The notes under the pieces are model-generated. The model was not told where the DNA came from. It searched no databases and was given only the letters and a program-made list of their open reading frames with translations. This document shows positions 12,745 to 25,185 of a DNA stretch of 64,000 nucleotides, one piece after another; position 1 is the stretch's first letter; each line of letters opens with the position of its first letter. The translations under genes and the position numbers were made by a program. Origin of the DNA: Squalus acanthias (lineage: Eukaryota); NCBI GenBank assembly GCA_030390025.1, contig JASTWF010000048.1:744001-808000 (forward strand). The letters are read 5' to 3'.

Positions 12745-13190
12745 TCGTATAAAGTCCCATTCCCCCCAACTCCTCTGTGCTCGCCGATATACTTTGGCTC
12801 CGAGTTGAGCAACGCTTCCATTTTAAAATTCTCATCCTCGTTTTCCAATCCCTGCCTCCCTATCTGTGTAATCTTCTTCAACTCCACAACCCTCCGAGAT
12901 ATCTGCACTCCTCCTACCCGGTCCTCTTTTGCATCCACGATTTCCATCTCTCCATCATTGGCGGCCGTGACTTCAGCTAACTAAACCATAATCTATGAAA
13001 TTCTCTTATCCCTAAACCTCTCTCTCCTCCTTTAAGGCACTCGTTAAATCCTACCTATTCGACCAAGATTTATGTCACCTGTTCTAATCTATCCTTATGT
13101 GTTTCGCTGTCAGATTTTGTCTGATAACTGTGTAGTTGGTTGTGTTAGTTGGTTTTACTACATTAACGGCGCTATATAAATGAAAATTGT
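12745..13190 (+). mobile_element. L2-type LINE 3' fragment
   Basis: Translates to WLRVEQRFHFKILILVF...IGGRDFS, typical of the L2 ORF2 end. Confidence 0.7.
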
Positions 13191-14197
13191 TTTTGTTGAA
13201 TAGTCATCTCCACAAGCGTCAATAGGAAAGAACAATAACCAATAAAATTACTGAGCAAGTTTGTCTACTCAATGCTGATTACTCGAGAGTTGTTCTGTGA
13301 TTGATTGATAGCCATCCACCCTGAAGTTTAAATCCAAAATACAGAGGAGAATTCGCCTCATCAGTCCATCTGGAGTAGCATGCATTTCTCTCGGAATTAG
13401 AATCAACAAACTTATAATTTACTGCACATTCTTCCATTTTCAATCTATTTTCTTGCCTATTGCAATGCAATTGACACCGTGTACGTTCCTACTAACTGAT
13501 AAATTAGTCTTAAGTATCAACACTGCAGAAAATTGAGTGGAATATCCTGGAAATGCAGCAGTGCTTCTCCCGATCACACACCCTTTTCTCGAGGAAAGGG
13601 GTTTCGCTTTTTAATCAAAGCATCAGATTAATGCTAATTATATCGGTTCTCATGCCAGTAATAAAATAATTTGTTGTTTCATTAATGGCGAAAGAAAGTA
13701 GAAGCACGTCTAGACGTCTATGCACTTACAAGTAGGCTATCCATCGGGGACTACGAACTCACTAACCAATCCAGGGGAGTTCTCAGCGCAGAATACCAAA
13801 GTATTGATGAAAACAATAGAGATTTATGCACCTTAAAGACAGATGCGAAGCAGTCAGATTACTTGTCCTGAACCGATCAATTTCGCGATTACTGTCATGT
13901 GATCCTTAAGTTCCATATGCTACCACGCTAGTAGATGGCGATGTTGCACCACGTCTATTCCAGTCTCAATGGATATTCAATAGAAGATGAGATAATTTAG
14001 GAAAATGCTATAAATATAAAATTTGACCAGGTAACTAGCAGTTCAAATGTAAACATGCTCTCTCCAAACTAGGCTATAATTCTTTGCACAAATATATTGA
14101 TTCTTCTTTAGTGTCAAACGGATGCATCCTGCTTGCTTAGCTTTGGACTGTGGAACCGTAAAGTCCTAATCTAATCCTTCTGTTAGCCTCTATCACA

Positions 14198-14760
14198 ATA
14201 CCTTGAGTATTGTGTGCAGTTTTGTTCGACTTATCTGAGGAAGGATGTTCTTGCCATGGAGAGTGTGCAGCGAAGATTCACCAGACTGATACCTGGGATG
14301 GCAGGAATGACGTACGAGGAGAGATTGTCTCGATTGGGCTTATACTCGCTGGAGTTTAGAAGAATCAGAGGAGATCTCATTGAAAATTATAAAATTCTGA
14401 CAGGGCTAGACAGACTGGATGCAGGAAGGATGTTCCCGATGGCGGGTGAGTCCAGAACAAGAGGCCACAATCTAAAGATAAGGGGTAAGTCATTTAGCAC
14501 AGAGATAAGGAGGTATTTCTTCACCCAGAGAGTGGAAACCTGTGGAATTCTCTACCACAGAAGGCAGTTGAGGCCAAGTCAGTAAATATATTCAAGAAGG
14601 AGTTAGATATATTTCTTCAGGCTAAAGGTATCAAGGGATATGGGGAGAAGGCAGGGACAGGGTACTGAGTTTGGATGATCAGCCATGATCTCATCGAATG
14701 GCAGAGCAAGCTCGAGGGGCCGAATGGCATACTCCTGATCCTATCTTCTATGTTTCTATG
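14198..14760 (+). mobile_element. CR1 3' fragment specific to copy A
   Basis: ORF ...ESVQRRFTRLIPG...YEERL...RGH..K...FFTQRV with a (TTCTATGT) tail; the paralogous site at about 56165 is empty. Confidence 0.85.
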
Positions 14761-16240
14761 TAATTAGGAAAGCTAATAGAATGTTATCGTTCATTGCGAG
14801 GGTAATTGAATACAAAAGTAGGGAGGTTATGCTTCAGATATACACGGCATTGGTGAGACCACATCTGGAGTACTGTGTACAGTATCGGTCTCCTTATTTA
14901 AGGAAGGATGTAAATGCGTTGGAAGCATTTCAGTGAAGGTTTACTGGACTAACACTTGGAATGGACGGGTTGTCGTATGAGGAAAGGTTGAACAGGCTAG
15001 GCTTCTATCCGCTGGAGTTTAGAAGAGTAAGAGGTTACTTGATTGAAACATATAAGATCCTGAATAGTCTGGACAGGGTGGATGTGGAGAGGATGCTTCC
15101 TCTTGTGGGAGAATCTAGAACTAGGGGTCACTGTTTAAAAATAAGGGGTCGCCCACATAAGACAGAGATGAGGAGAATTTTTTTCTCACAGAGGGTCGTG
15201 ACCCTTTGGAACTCTCTTCCTCAGAGGGCGGTGGAAGCAGAGTCTTTGAATATTTTTAAGGCAGAGGTAGATAGATTCTTGTTAAGCAAGGGGGTGAAAG
15301 GTTATGGGGGTAGGCGGGAACATGCAGTAATCGGATCAGCCATGATCTTACTAAATGGCAGAGCAGGCTCGAGGGGCCAAGTGGCCCACCTCTGCTCCTA
15401 ATTCGGATGTTCGTACGTATGTTAGGATACATGCTCATATTACAAAGATATTAATATTGACGTCAGTATTGTGAAGCATTTTTTACCGTTATGTTAAATG
15501 CTAAATACCTGCTAAATGATATAAATTTAAATGGGGTGCACGGAGAGGGAGACCTGGAAGTGTTTTTGGACTCATCTTTGAAGGAGACACGACAGAACAT
15601 GATACATAACCAAGCAGTTAATAAAACAGATGGTATCCTGGGCTTTATAAATAGAGTCATACAGTACAAAAGCCACCAAGTTATGCTAACCCCATATAAA
15701 ACAATAGCTCGGACACATGTGGAGTATTATGCCCAATTCTGGGCACAACACTTTAGGAAAAACGTGAATACTTTGGAGAGGGCACAGAAGAGATTGAGAA
15801 GAATGGTTCCAGGGATAAGGTTACGTGGATAGACTGGGCACGCTGGTGTTGTTCCCCTTAGAGCAAAGAAGGCCGAGAGGAGGTTTGACAGAGGTTTTTT
15901 AAATCGTCAAGAATTTTAGAAGTGTAAATTGGGAGACATTGTTTCCAATGGCTGAAGGATAGATAACCAGAGGGCACAGATCTAAGGTGATTGGCCAAAC
16001 AACCAGAGGCGACATGAGGAATATCTTTTTTAAGCTACGAGTGCTTAGTATTTAGAATACACTGCCTGATTGGGTGGTGGATAAAGATTCAGTGGTAGCT
16101 TTCGAAAGGGAGTTGCATAAATCCTTGTCGGAGGAAAAATTGCAGGGTTACGGGGAAAGCGCGGGGGAGTGCCCTTCGTGTGAATCGGCGCATACTCAAT
16201 ATTCCGAACGTTGTCCTCCTGCACTGTACTATTCTAATAC
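14761..16240 (+). mobile_element. Clustered older CR1 3' fragments
   Basis: LVRPHLEY, YEERL, LWNSLP motifs with stops and frameshifts. Confidence 0.8.
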
Positions 16241-16899
16241 TCTGTGATGTTATACACTCTCCTGCCCGTCCCTCTCGCGTTCAGGTTATGGCGGGAAAGG
16301 GTGGTCTATCTTCAAGGCCATCATAGTATGAGATCGGAGCGGGCTAAATGCAACAGAAAGAATGGAAGGGACAGAACGAAGGAAAGACCGATGAAAAGCA
16401 GACATAATGAAACGTCGAATAGAAAGAAGGAAGCAAAGAAGGAAAGAAAGAAAGAAGGAATGCAAAGTGGGAAAGAAAGAAGGCAAGACAAGTCAGTAAG
16501 AAGGAGTGATTTCATAACCCAGCCCATTTCCCTAGTATTACCAAACATAAATGTTTCAGGTCTATGCGGAAAGAGCAGGGGAGTGGGACTAATTGGACAG
16601 CTCTTTCAAAGACCCTGCACAGGCACGATGGGCCGAATGGTCTCCTTCTGCGCTGTAAGATGCTACGATTTGACGCTACGGTCTTCCACCTACGTACACA
16701 ATTTGGCAGAAACAATGCTATCAAAGGAAATGCTTCTCATTTGTTCATACTTTTGACATGGGTGGTCCAAGCAGACGATTGGCTGGTCAGTCCTCCCGCG
16801 TAATTCATCACCACCGGTGGCAGCACCGTTGAGGAGAGCAATTGTACAGCTGACACGTTGTCGCTAAGTAACGCTGCCTGTCATCCCCGGGGAAGGGCG

Positions 16900-17536
16900 A
16901 TGTGTTTCTCAGCGAGAATGTTCTTAATCTTGGTCACCTTATCATTCGGACATTTGATCTGTTGTAAGTACTATGCATTGACATATCAATTGCAAACAGT
17001 AAATGAAAGAAATTGCAAGTGGAAGTAGATTCAGTAATAACTTTCAAAATGGAATTGGATCAATACTTGAGTGCTGGGGTGGGTGGGGTATTTGAAGGGC
17101 TGCAGGGAAGTGGGAATAACTGGAGAGCTCTTTCAAAGAGGCGGAATGGTCTGCTTCTGTGCAGTAAGATTCGACGATTTTATGCTACAATTTTCCTTCT
17201 ATGATTCTAACATATTGTCTTTGTTCAAACCTAATCCAGGGGTTCGGGCTGCACCCACTGTGGTCCAGTCTCCAGCCGCGGCCGCTATTCTACCGGGAAA
17301 GCCGCTCACTTTCATGTGCAGTTTGGAGGGAGCGAGCATGGGCAGCTATACCATGCACTGGTACAGGCAACATGGAGAGACAATACAGTGGATTTGCAAT
17401 GAGAACAGCAGGTGTGGGCCCAGTTTCGAGAATCGATTCAAAGTGCACCTCGACGCAGCAAACAACCAGTTCACTCTGCAGCTGGAAGCCTCCGAGCTGA
17501 CAGACTCTGCGACCTATTACTGTGCGGCGTATTTCG
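16900..17536 (+). CDS. TRBV: TCR V segment V5, apparently intact: leader 16900-16963, V exon 17240-17536
   Basis: Leader MCFSARMFLILVTLSFGHLIC|gtaag; V exon VRAAPTVVQSP...FMCSLEGASMGSYTMHWYRQ...WICNENSRCG...DSATYYCAAYF. Confidence 0.88.
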
Positions 17537-17575
17537 CACAGCGATACAAAACTGCCGCAGACTGATGCAAAAACC
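17537..17575 (+). promoter_or_regulatory. 23-RSS of V5
   Basis: CACAGCG + 23 bp + GCAAAAACC. Confidence 0.92.
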
Positions 17576-17639
17576 TTCTCACCTGCCGCCGTGCGCTCTC
17601 ACCACCTGTGATCGAGCACCCTCTAGGCAGCTCACTGAT

Positions 17640-18235
17640 GGAGCGAAATCACATGCATTTCTACGGCGCCTTTCACGACCTCTGGGCGACCCAAAACGCT
17701 TTACAAACATCGAAGTACGTTCTTTGTTGTGTGCTCGCCGTTGTAATGCAGGAAACTCTGCAGCCAAACTTTGCACTGGAAGCTGCCACAAACAGCAATG
17801 TGATAAAGACCAGATATTAATTTTGTGATATTAGTTGAGCGATAAATATTAGCCTGTACTTCCCCTCCGGCAGTGTCAGCACACACTCAGTACTTCCACT
17901 CCGACAGTGTGGCGCTCCCTCAGTACTGTCCCTCCGACATTGCAGCGCTCCCTCAGTACTGCAACTCCCACAGTGCAGCGTTCCCTAAGTACCGCCCCTT
18001 GACAGTGCAGCACGTCCGCAGTACTGACCCTCTGACAGTGCAGCACTTCCTCAATACTGCTCCTCCGACAATTCAGCGCTCCCTCAGTACTGCCCTCCGA
18101 CAATGCGGCTCTACATCAGTACTGCACTGGGAGTATCAGCCCAGATATTTGTTCTTAAGTGTCTGGAGTGGGCCTCGAACCAACGACCCTCTGACTCAGG
18201 GACGAGAGAGCTACCAAATAAGCCACGGGTCACAC
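17640..18235 (-). mobile_element. DeuSINE with a short 33-bp internal array
   Basis: Same unit and tRNA-like head as 9070-10090. Confidence 0.7.
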
Positions 18236-19467
18236 AACTTGCACCAGTCCAACTTACATTTTGGGATAGAGTTGTGAAGTACCATTTGCGGCTGTGCTTT
18301 CAACTGGCTTAGAACTGAGCTCTGGAATTCCCTCTTTCAACGTCTCCCACAATCTCTCCTCCTTTTAACCTACCTCTTTGATCAAGCTTTTAGACCCCTG
18401 TACTAATATGGTGCTCGGGGTCAAATTACGAACATACGAACAATGACGGCCAGTTAAAGACCCTCTGGTCCATCGAGCCTATCCCACACAAATGCGATCC
18501 CTTGCGTATCAGCATATGTATACTCCACCCCACCCGAAATCGTGTGATCTCCTGGGAGAGGCAAAAGAAAAGCAGATTTAAAAACTCAGGGCAATTTGTG
18601 GAACAAAATCTGGGAAATTTCTTTCCGGCCCAGCTAAGCAATCGAAACTAGTCCAGCAGCTCACTCTGGCCCTGAATTCCCATCAGTAACTACCTTCTGT
18701 AAGAGGTGATCTCTGCCCCAGCAAGAAACAGGTCCAGCTTGAAAGAATTCAGCGACACCACACGAGATGTCAGCCTGCTCCAGAAGTCCACTATTCTTTA
18801 GGAAAAGGACCAGCTACTTACATCTGCCCTAGATATAGCATGATACAACTTATAATTATGACTGCTGGTCCTGCCTAACCTATTAATTGAAACAAACTCT
18901 CAACTGGAAAACAATCTATTCCCTTCATTATCTTATACACCTCAATCAGATCACCTGTAAGTCTATGCATCTCTAAAGTATAGAGTCCCAACTCTTATAG
19001 CCTATCTTGTGAACTAGGGTGCTTTAAACTGGGAATTAGTCGAGAGGATCTCCCCTGCATCCATTCCAAAGCGTCAATATCACCTACCATGAGAGGAGAC
19101 GCAAACTGGACACAGTATTCCAAGTGCGTCCTGGCTAATGGATGAGTATGGCTCCTCATATAATCAGTTCCGCTATGGATACAGCCCAATAGTCTATTTG
19201 CTCGAGCGATCCCTTCATGGCATTGCGAATGGAGTTTGATAAAGCTCCTGTGAAGCGCATTGGGACGTTTTAATACGTCAAAGGCGCTATATAGATGGGT
19301 GTTGTTGTTGTTGTTGTTGTTATAGACTAATTCTTATCTACCGACTATTTTGGGTCCCGGCCCAAGACGAATTTCGGTATGTTTCAACACAGCAGGAGAA
19401 CACGCATGCACTAACTCACATTCTGTACCGCAGATATAACTTGAACGTGGCTGCGTCGTCTGGGATA

Positions 19468-19482
19468 TGATGTCACTTCCGG
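19468..19482 (-). promoter_or_regulatory. CRE-like Vbeta decamer fused to an ETS site, V6 promoter
   Basis: TGATGTCACTTCCGG; the reverse complement contains AGTGACATCA; about 110 bp upstream of the leader ATG. Confidence 0.6.
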
Positions 19483-19590
19483 GGGCTCAGTTTCGGGTGC
19501 TCTCCTCGACGGCCGGTCAATCAGAATCGGAGGCACTTGTTGTGAGAACACGATCATTGCAGCAATCAATCCGGCCACTTCGATCCAATT

Positions 19591-21160
19591 ATGCAAATAG
19601 ATTTAATTTTATTTACTTTCCCTCTTTTCCTGCCGGGTAAGTATCCTGCGTTCAAATAAGATTTTTTTAGAGCGATGTGCTCCATTAGACAGTCGATTTC
19701 ACTAAACTAGCAGCATTAGATATGCGGCAGAGTGGGTACAAACTCGTCTTGTGCTATACCGCATTAACGCAGTTGAATATCAGGCGCAAAGCGAATAACG
19801 GGCCGTTATTAGCGCCTGTTTTGCGCTATCGCCCAAGTTTAATTTCTAACCCACTGCTTAATATTTACTTGGTTAAATTATGAATTGGGGATCAATTGTT
19901 TATTTAGGAACAATATAGAAACAGGTTCACTAGAAATCATCTGCAAGTGTGGTTTTGCTACGGACATTTGTATAATAACAACAGGTATCATTTATATAGT
20001 GTCTTTATCATAGTAAAATGTCCCATGGTGCTTCACAGGAGAGTAAATCAGGCAAAATTTGATCCAAGCCACATAAGGAGCTATTATGACAGAAATAAAA
20101 GTACTATTTAAATAGCCACTGAAAAGAGGAGAGAGCGGTAGAGCGTTGGAGATGTTTAGGGAGGGAATTCCAAAGCTTGGGGTCTCGGCCGCTGGATGCA
20201 CTGCGGCCAATGGAGGGGAAAAGAGAGTAAGGGACGGACGAGTGGCCAGAATTGGAGGAGTGCAACGCTCTCGGGACTTGTAGGGCTGGAGGAGGCTACA
20301 AAGATAGGGAAGGGGCGAGAGGCCAAGGCATGATTTGAACACAAAGGATGAGAATTTTATAATCGAGGCACTGCCGCACCAGGAACCAATGTAGGTCAGC
20401 GAGTCTGTGCTGCAGGGGTGATAGGGGAGCGGGACTTATTGTGAAATAGGATGATAATGACATATGATGTTGTTGGAAAATACTCCACATGTAACTGACT
20501 TGCACTAGTCGCGGACCTGCTCCAGTTTACAACCAAATTCGGGCATCGATTTAAGACAGTTGACAAAAGAACCAGAGGGGAGATGAGGAGAAATTGCTTT
20601 TTTTTCATCTGAGCGAGTTATGATGACCTGGAATCCACTGCCTGAAAGGGCAACAGAAGTAGTTTGAACAGTAACTTTCGAAATGGAATTTGTTAAAGAC
20701 TTGAAAGGGAGAACATTGCAGGGCTGAGTGGAAAGTGCAGTTGAGTGGGGTTAATTGGATGGCTCTACCAAAGATCCGCCACAGGCAGGGTGGGCCGAAT
20801 GGCCTCATTCTGTTCTGTCGGATTTAAAGAATTCTCTTAAATTGTTTTGTTTTTTAGATTTAACACACGGATTGAGGCCTCTTCAAAGTCCACTCACGCT
20901 CGTGATTGCAGAAGACAAACTTGCAACAATAAGTTGCGATGAAAAGGAGTCGACACCGCAATACATGTTCTGGTACCGCCAATCGGCTGGCCAGGGTCTC
21001 ACGTTGATCGGATACATTCAAGTCGGTGGAACGGTTCATTACGAAGAGAAGGATCAAACCCGTTCTGAAATTACAGGAAACGGCGATAGAAACTCTAATC
21101 TGAAGGTCCCCAGGGCCGCACCTGCAGACACGGCGGTCTATTACTGTGCGACGAGTGACG
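19591..21160 (+). CDS. TRBV: TCR V segment V6, apparently intact: leader 19591-19636, V exon 20858-21160
   Basis: Leader MQIDLILFTFPLFLP|gtaag; V exon DLTHGLRPLQSP...ISC...MFWYRQSAGQGLTLIG...DTAVYYCATSD. Confidence 0.88.
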
Positions 21161-21199
21161 CACAGTGTTGCAGACTGGTTGAGCGCCCTGTCAAAAACC
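21161..21199 (+). promoter_or_regulatory. 23-RSS of V6
   Basis: CACAGTG + 23 bp + TCAAAAACC. Confidence 0.92.
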
Positions 21200-21534
21200 C
21201 AGCCGCCCCGAAGAGTGTAGAAGGAACGAAAGAACTTGCAATTATACAGCGCGTTTTACCACCTCAGGGCTTCACGAAGCGTTTCCCAGCCAATGACGCA
21301 CATTTTTTAAAGTGTGGTCACTGTTGTAATCTAAGGAAACACTGCCGCCAATTTTCCCACAAGAAGATCCCCACAAACTGCAATGAGCTCATGACCAGAT
21401 GATCTGTTGTTTTATTGATGTTTCATTTCACTAGGAAAAACTCACATGCACTTCTTCCAAGAGTGTCCGTTCGATGTTTTACATCCACCTTAGAGAGAAG
21501 ACGAGGCCTCGGTTGAACATCACATGCAAAATGG

Positions 21535-22275
21535 CACCTCTGACAGTGCAGCGCTCACTCAGTGTTGTCCCTCCGACAATGCAGCACTCCCTCAGTACTA
21601 CCTCTCTGACAGTGCAGCACTCCCTCAGTACTACATCTCAGACAGTGCAGCGCTCCCTCAGTACTGCCCCTCGAACCGTGCGGCACTCCCTCAGGACTAC
21701 CTCTCCAGCAGCGCAGCACTCCCTCAGTGCTGCCCCCCCGACAGTGCAGTACTCCCTCAGTATTTCCCCTCCGATACTGCAACGCTCCCTCTGTACTACC
21801 TCTCCGACAGTGCAGCACTCCCTCTGTACTACCTCTCCGACAGTGCAGCACTCCCTCAGTACTGACCCTCCGACTGTGCAGCGTCGCTCAGTACTTCACT
21901 TCCGACAGTGCAGCGCTCCCGCAGTACTACCCCTCCGACAGTGCAACATTCCCTCAGCACTGCTCCTCCGACAGTGCGGCACACCATCAGTACTGCCCCT
22001 CCGACAGTGCAGCACTCCCTCAGTACTGCCCCTCCGACAGCGCAGCGCTCCTTCAGTACTGCCCCTCCGATAGTGCAGCGCTCCCTCAGTACTGTCCTTC
22101 CGACAGTGCAGCGCTCCCTCAGTACTGTCCCTCCGACAGTGCAGCACTCCCTCAGTACTGTCCCTCCAACAGTGCAGCGCTCCCTCAGTAAAGTCCCTCC
22201 GACATTGCAGCGCTCCCTCAGCACTGCACCTCAGACAGTGCAGCGCTCCCTCAGTACTGCCCCTCCGACAGTGCA
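21535..22275. repeat. 33-bp minisatellite within a truncated DeuSINE
   Basis: About 22 tandem CAGTACTGCCCCTCCGACAGTGCAGCGCTCCCT-like units. Confidence 0.9.
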
Positions 22276-22324
22276 GTTTTTTTACATGCATGTTACCAGA
22301 TATCAAAGGTTTTACCTATCAGAA

Positions 22325-23190
22325 AAGAGAGACACCAGTCAGTGTATAGATATCTACCTGAGAGTGAGGGACTGAGAGACATCAGTCAGTTTACAGCTAT
22401 CTCCCTGAGGGAGAGGGACTGAGAGACATCAGTCAGTGCACAGATATCTTCCTGAGAGAGAGTGACGGAGAGACACCTATCAGAAAAGAGAGACACCAGT
22501 CAGTGTATAGATATCTACCTGAGAGTGAGGGACTGAGAGACATCAGTCAGTGTACAGATATCCCCTTGAGGGAGAGGGGCTAAGACACCAGTCAGTGTAC
22601 AGATATCTTCCTGAGAGAGAGTGACGGAGAGACACCTATCAGAAAAGAGAGACACCAGTCAGTATATAGATATCTACCTGAGAGTGAGGGACTGAGAGAC
22701 ATCAGTCAGTTTACAGATATCCCCTTGAGGGAGAGGGACTGAGAGACGCCAGTCAGTGTTCAGATATCTCCTTGAGAGAGAGGAACTGAGAGACGCCAGT
22801 CAGTGTGCAGATATCTCGCTGAGAGAGAGGGACTGAGAGACACCAGTCAGTTTACAGATATCTTCCTGAGGGAGAGGTGACTGAGAAACACCAGTCAGTG
22901 TACAGATATGTCCCCGAGAGAGAGGGACTGAGAGCCACCAATCAGTGAACATATATCTCCCTGAGAGAGAGAGGGGACTGAGAGACACCAGTCAGGGTAC
23001 AGATATCTCCCTGAGAGAGACAGGGGACTGAGAGACACCAGTCAGTGTACAGATATCTCCCTGAGAGAGAGGGACTGAGAGACACCAGTCAGTGTACAGA
23101 TATCTTCCTGAGGGAGAGGGAACTGAGAGACATCAGTCAGTGTACAGATACCTCCCCGAGAGAAAGCGACTGAGACACCAGTCAGTGTAT
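22325..23190. repeat. ~47-bp minisatellite (GAGAGAGGGACTGAGAGACACCAGTCAGTGTACAGATATCTCCCT)
   Basis: Clear tandem units; absent from copy B. Confidence 0.9.
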
Positions 23191-23995
23191 AGAAAATTCA
23201 ATGCTGTTGTTGTCTTTAACAGTTCAAAGGCTGAATTCCATTCCTGCTGTGATAAACCAGGATAATGGATAGCCAATGTTCGGTTGACTGTGTACAGTTC
23301 TGGTCTCCATAATAAAGAAAGGATACAGAAACACTGGAGAAGGTGCAAGAAAAATATTTCAAGCATGATTACCGTGAGAATTGTAACTATCTCTTTACTC
23401 AGGGAGTGGATAGGATGTGGAACGCATTATGATAAGTAGTTACAGTACACAGTTGTGGACTACCTATTATAAAATGACATAAAGGCACTGGAGAATATCC
23501 AAAAAAAAGAATTACTGGAATGATAGCAGAACTGCGAGGGTACAACTAACAGGAAAGACTAAACAGGCTGGGGCTTACTTTCTCTAGAAAAGAGAAGGCT
23601 GAGGGCTGACCTGATTGAGGTCTTTAAAATTATTAAAGCTTTCGATACAGTGGAAAAAGAGAGAGAGAGTATTTTCACTTGTGGAGAAGAACAAAACTAG
23701 AGACCAACAACATAAGATAGTCACCAAGAAATGAAATAGGGAATTCAGGAGAAACTTATTTACCCAGAGAGTGGCGAGAATGTGGAACTCGCTGCCACAG
23801 GGAGTGGTTGAGGCGAATAGCATTGACGCATTGAAGGGAAATCTAGATGAACACTTTAGGGAGAAATGATCAGAAGGATATATTGATTGGGTGAGATGAT
23901 TGCCAGACAAAAGCAACGGAAGCGGAAGTAGCAGCTTGGGGTAGACGCCAGGGGAGTGAATACGAGAACAGATCATCTGCTGAACGCCTGACAGC

Positions 23996-24914
23996 ATGAC
24001 CTCTACCGCTTTGGTGTGTTCCCTGTTCCTGCTTCTATTAGGTAAGTACATTCTCTGTGGCGGAGTACTTTCAGTTGTCAACTTACTTGTGGTATCTCAA
24101 ATTGTGGTTTTTCCTAACGCAGTTGCTCTGCTTTAGTTTGATAGCAGTCCGTATTCTAATAAGAAATGGGAGCATCACGCCGCAGTACCACCTCCAACTC
24201 AGGACAGACCGGAATAAAGGAAAGAAGTAACTTGCAATTCTATAGCGCCTTGCAGGAGCTCAGGATATTTAAAAGTGTTTTACAACGTTTAAAGTGTTGT
24301 CACTGTTATAATGTAGGAAACGCGGCAGCCAATTTGCGCACAGCAAGCTCACACAAATAGCAATATGATAATGACCAGATCATCTGTTTTTCTTTAGTGA
24401 TAGTGGTTGAGGGATAAATATTGGCCCAGGACAGGCCGAAGTTGATCCTGGAGTTTTCCTGGTCTGAATGGGTCGGTGCTACATCGGGCCATTTATTTAC
24501 CCCAAAACCCATCGTTCAGTCAGCTTTTCTCGGATTTGATGAAACACTTGTCCCACATTTCTGATGTCAACTTGGCCCCTCTTTTCTATCCCCTTTCATT
24601 TTTGTTCTTCAGCCCCAGCTAGATGTTCCATCGTCCACCAGTGGGGGAGAAGGTTGTCCATTGGAAAGGGTCAAGTGGTGGAAATGCACTGTTACCAGAA
24701 CGACACCAGCAATTCATACATGTACTGGTACCGGCAGTACAGCGGGGAAGGGTTGCAGCTCGTAGCGACCTCGGTATCCGGCAGCGAGCCAACACACGAG
24801 GATGGATTCAAAGAAAGATTTGAAGTAAACAGACCCGATCGTAAGTCCTGCAGCCTGAAAATACTGAGCGTCGAGCCGACTGACACGGCGGCCTATTACT
24901 GCGCTACTGCACAG
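23996..24914 (+). CDS. TRBV: TCR V segment V7, apparently intact: leader 23996-24041, V exon 24613-24914
   Basis: Leader MTSTALVCSLFLLLL|gtaag; V exon APARCSIVHQW...MHCYQND...MYWYRQ...FKERFEVNRP...DTAAYYCATAQ. Confidence 0.9.
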
Positions 24915-24953
24915 CACAGCGATTCAAACAAGCGCAGAGCCGGTTCCAAAACT
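24915..24953 (+). promoter_or_regulatory. 23-RSS of V7
   Basis: CACAGCG + 23 bp + TCCAAAACT (weak nonamer). Confidence 0.8.
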
Positions 24954-25171
24954 GAATGTAACACCGAACATAAAGATGCCGGGACTCCCAGACCTATTGA
25001 CGCTCGCTTAACGCGCACGACATTGCTCTGTCCGCTATGATAATGTTCATTTGTGTCAAACCAGTTAATTCCTTCCTGAAAACAGACGATAGGATATCAT
25101 TGTACTTGGGGTTACGAGTTTGTCTTTACCAAAGCGGCTGTCATTTCATTTCAATCATCTTCTATCAGGCA

Positions 25172-25185
25172 CCACTAGGGGGAGC
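25172..25185 (+). promoter_or_regulatory. Putative CTCF-binding element 3' of V7
   Basis: CCACTAGGGGGAGC; the paralog at 63933 reads CCGCTAGGGGGAGC. Confidence 0.5.

Noticed and set aside
13500-13950. Possible highly decayed V segment in non-repeat DNA ahead of a CTCF-like motif
   Set aside because: No recognisable WYRQ, YYC or RSS could be read.
17969-17975. CACAGTG and many GACAGTG in minisatellite units as cryptic RSSs
   Set aside because: No nonamer at 12 or 23 bp, and GACAGTG lacks the essential first C.
24910-24921. Overlapping heptamers CACAGCACAGCG at V7/V18 as alternative cleavage sites
   Set aside because: The upstream heptamer would need a 28-bp spacer to the only nonamer.
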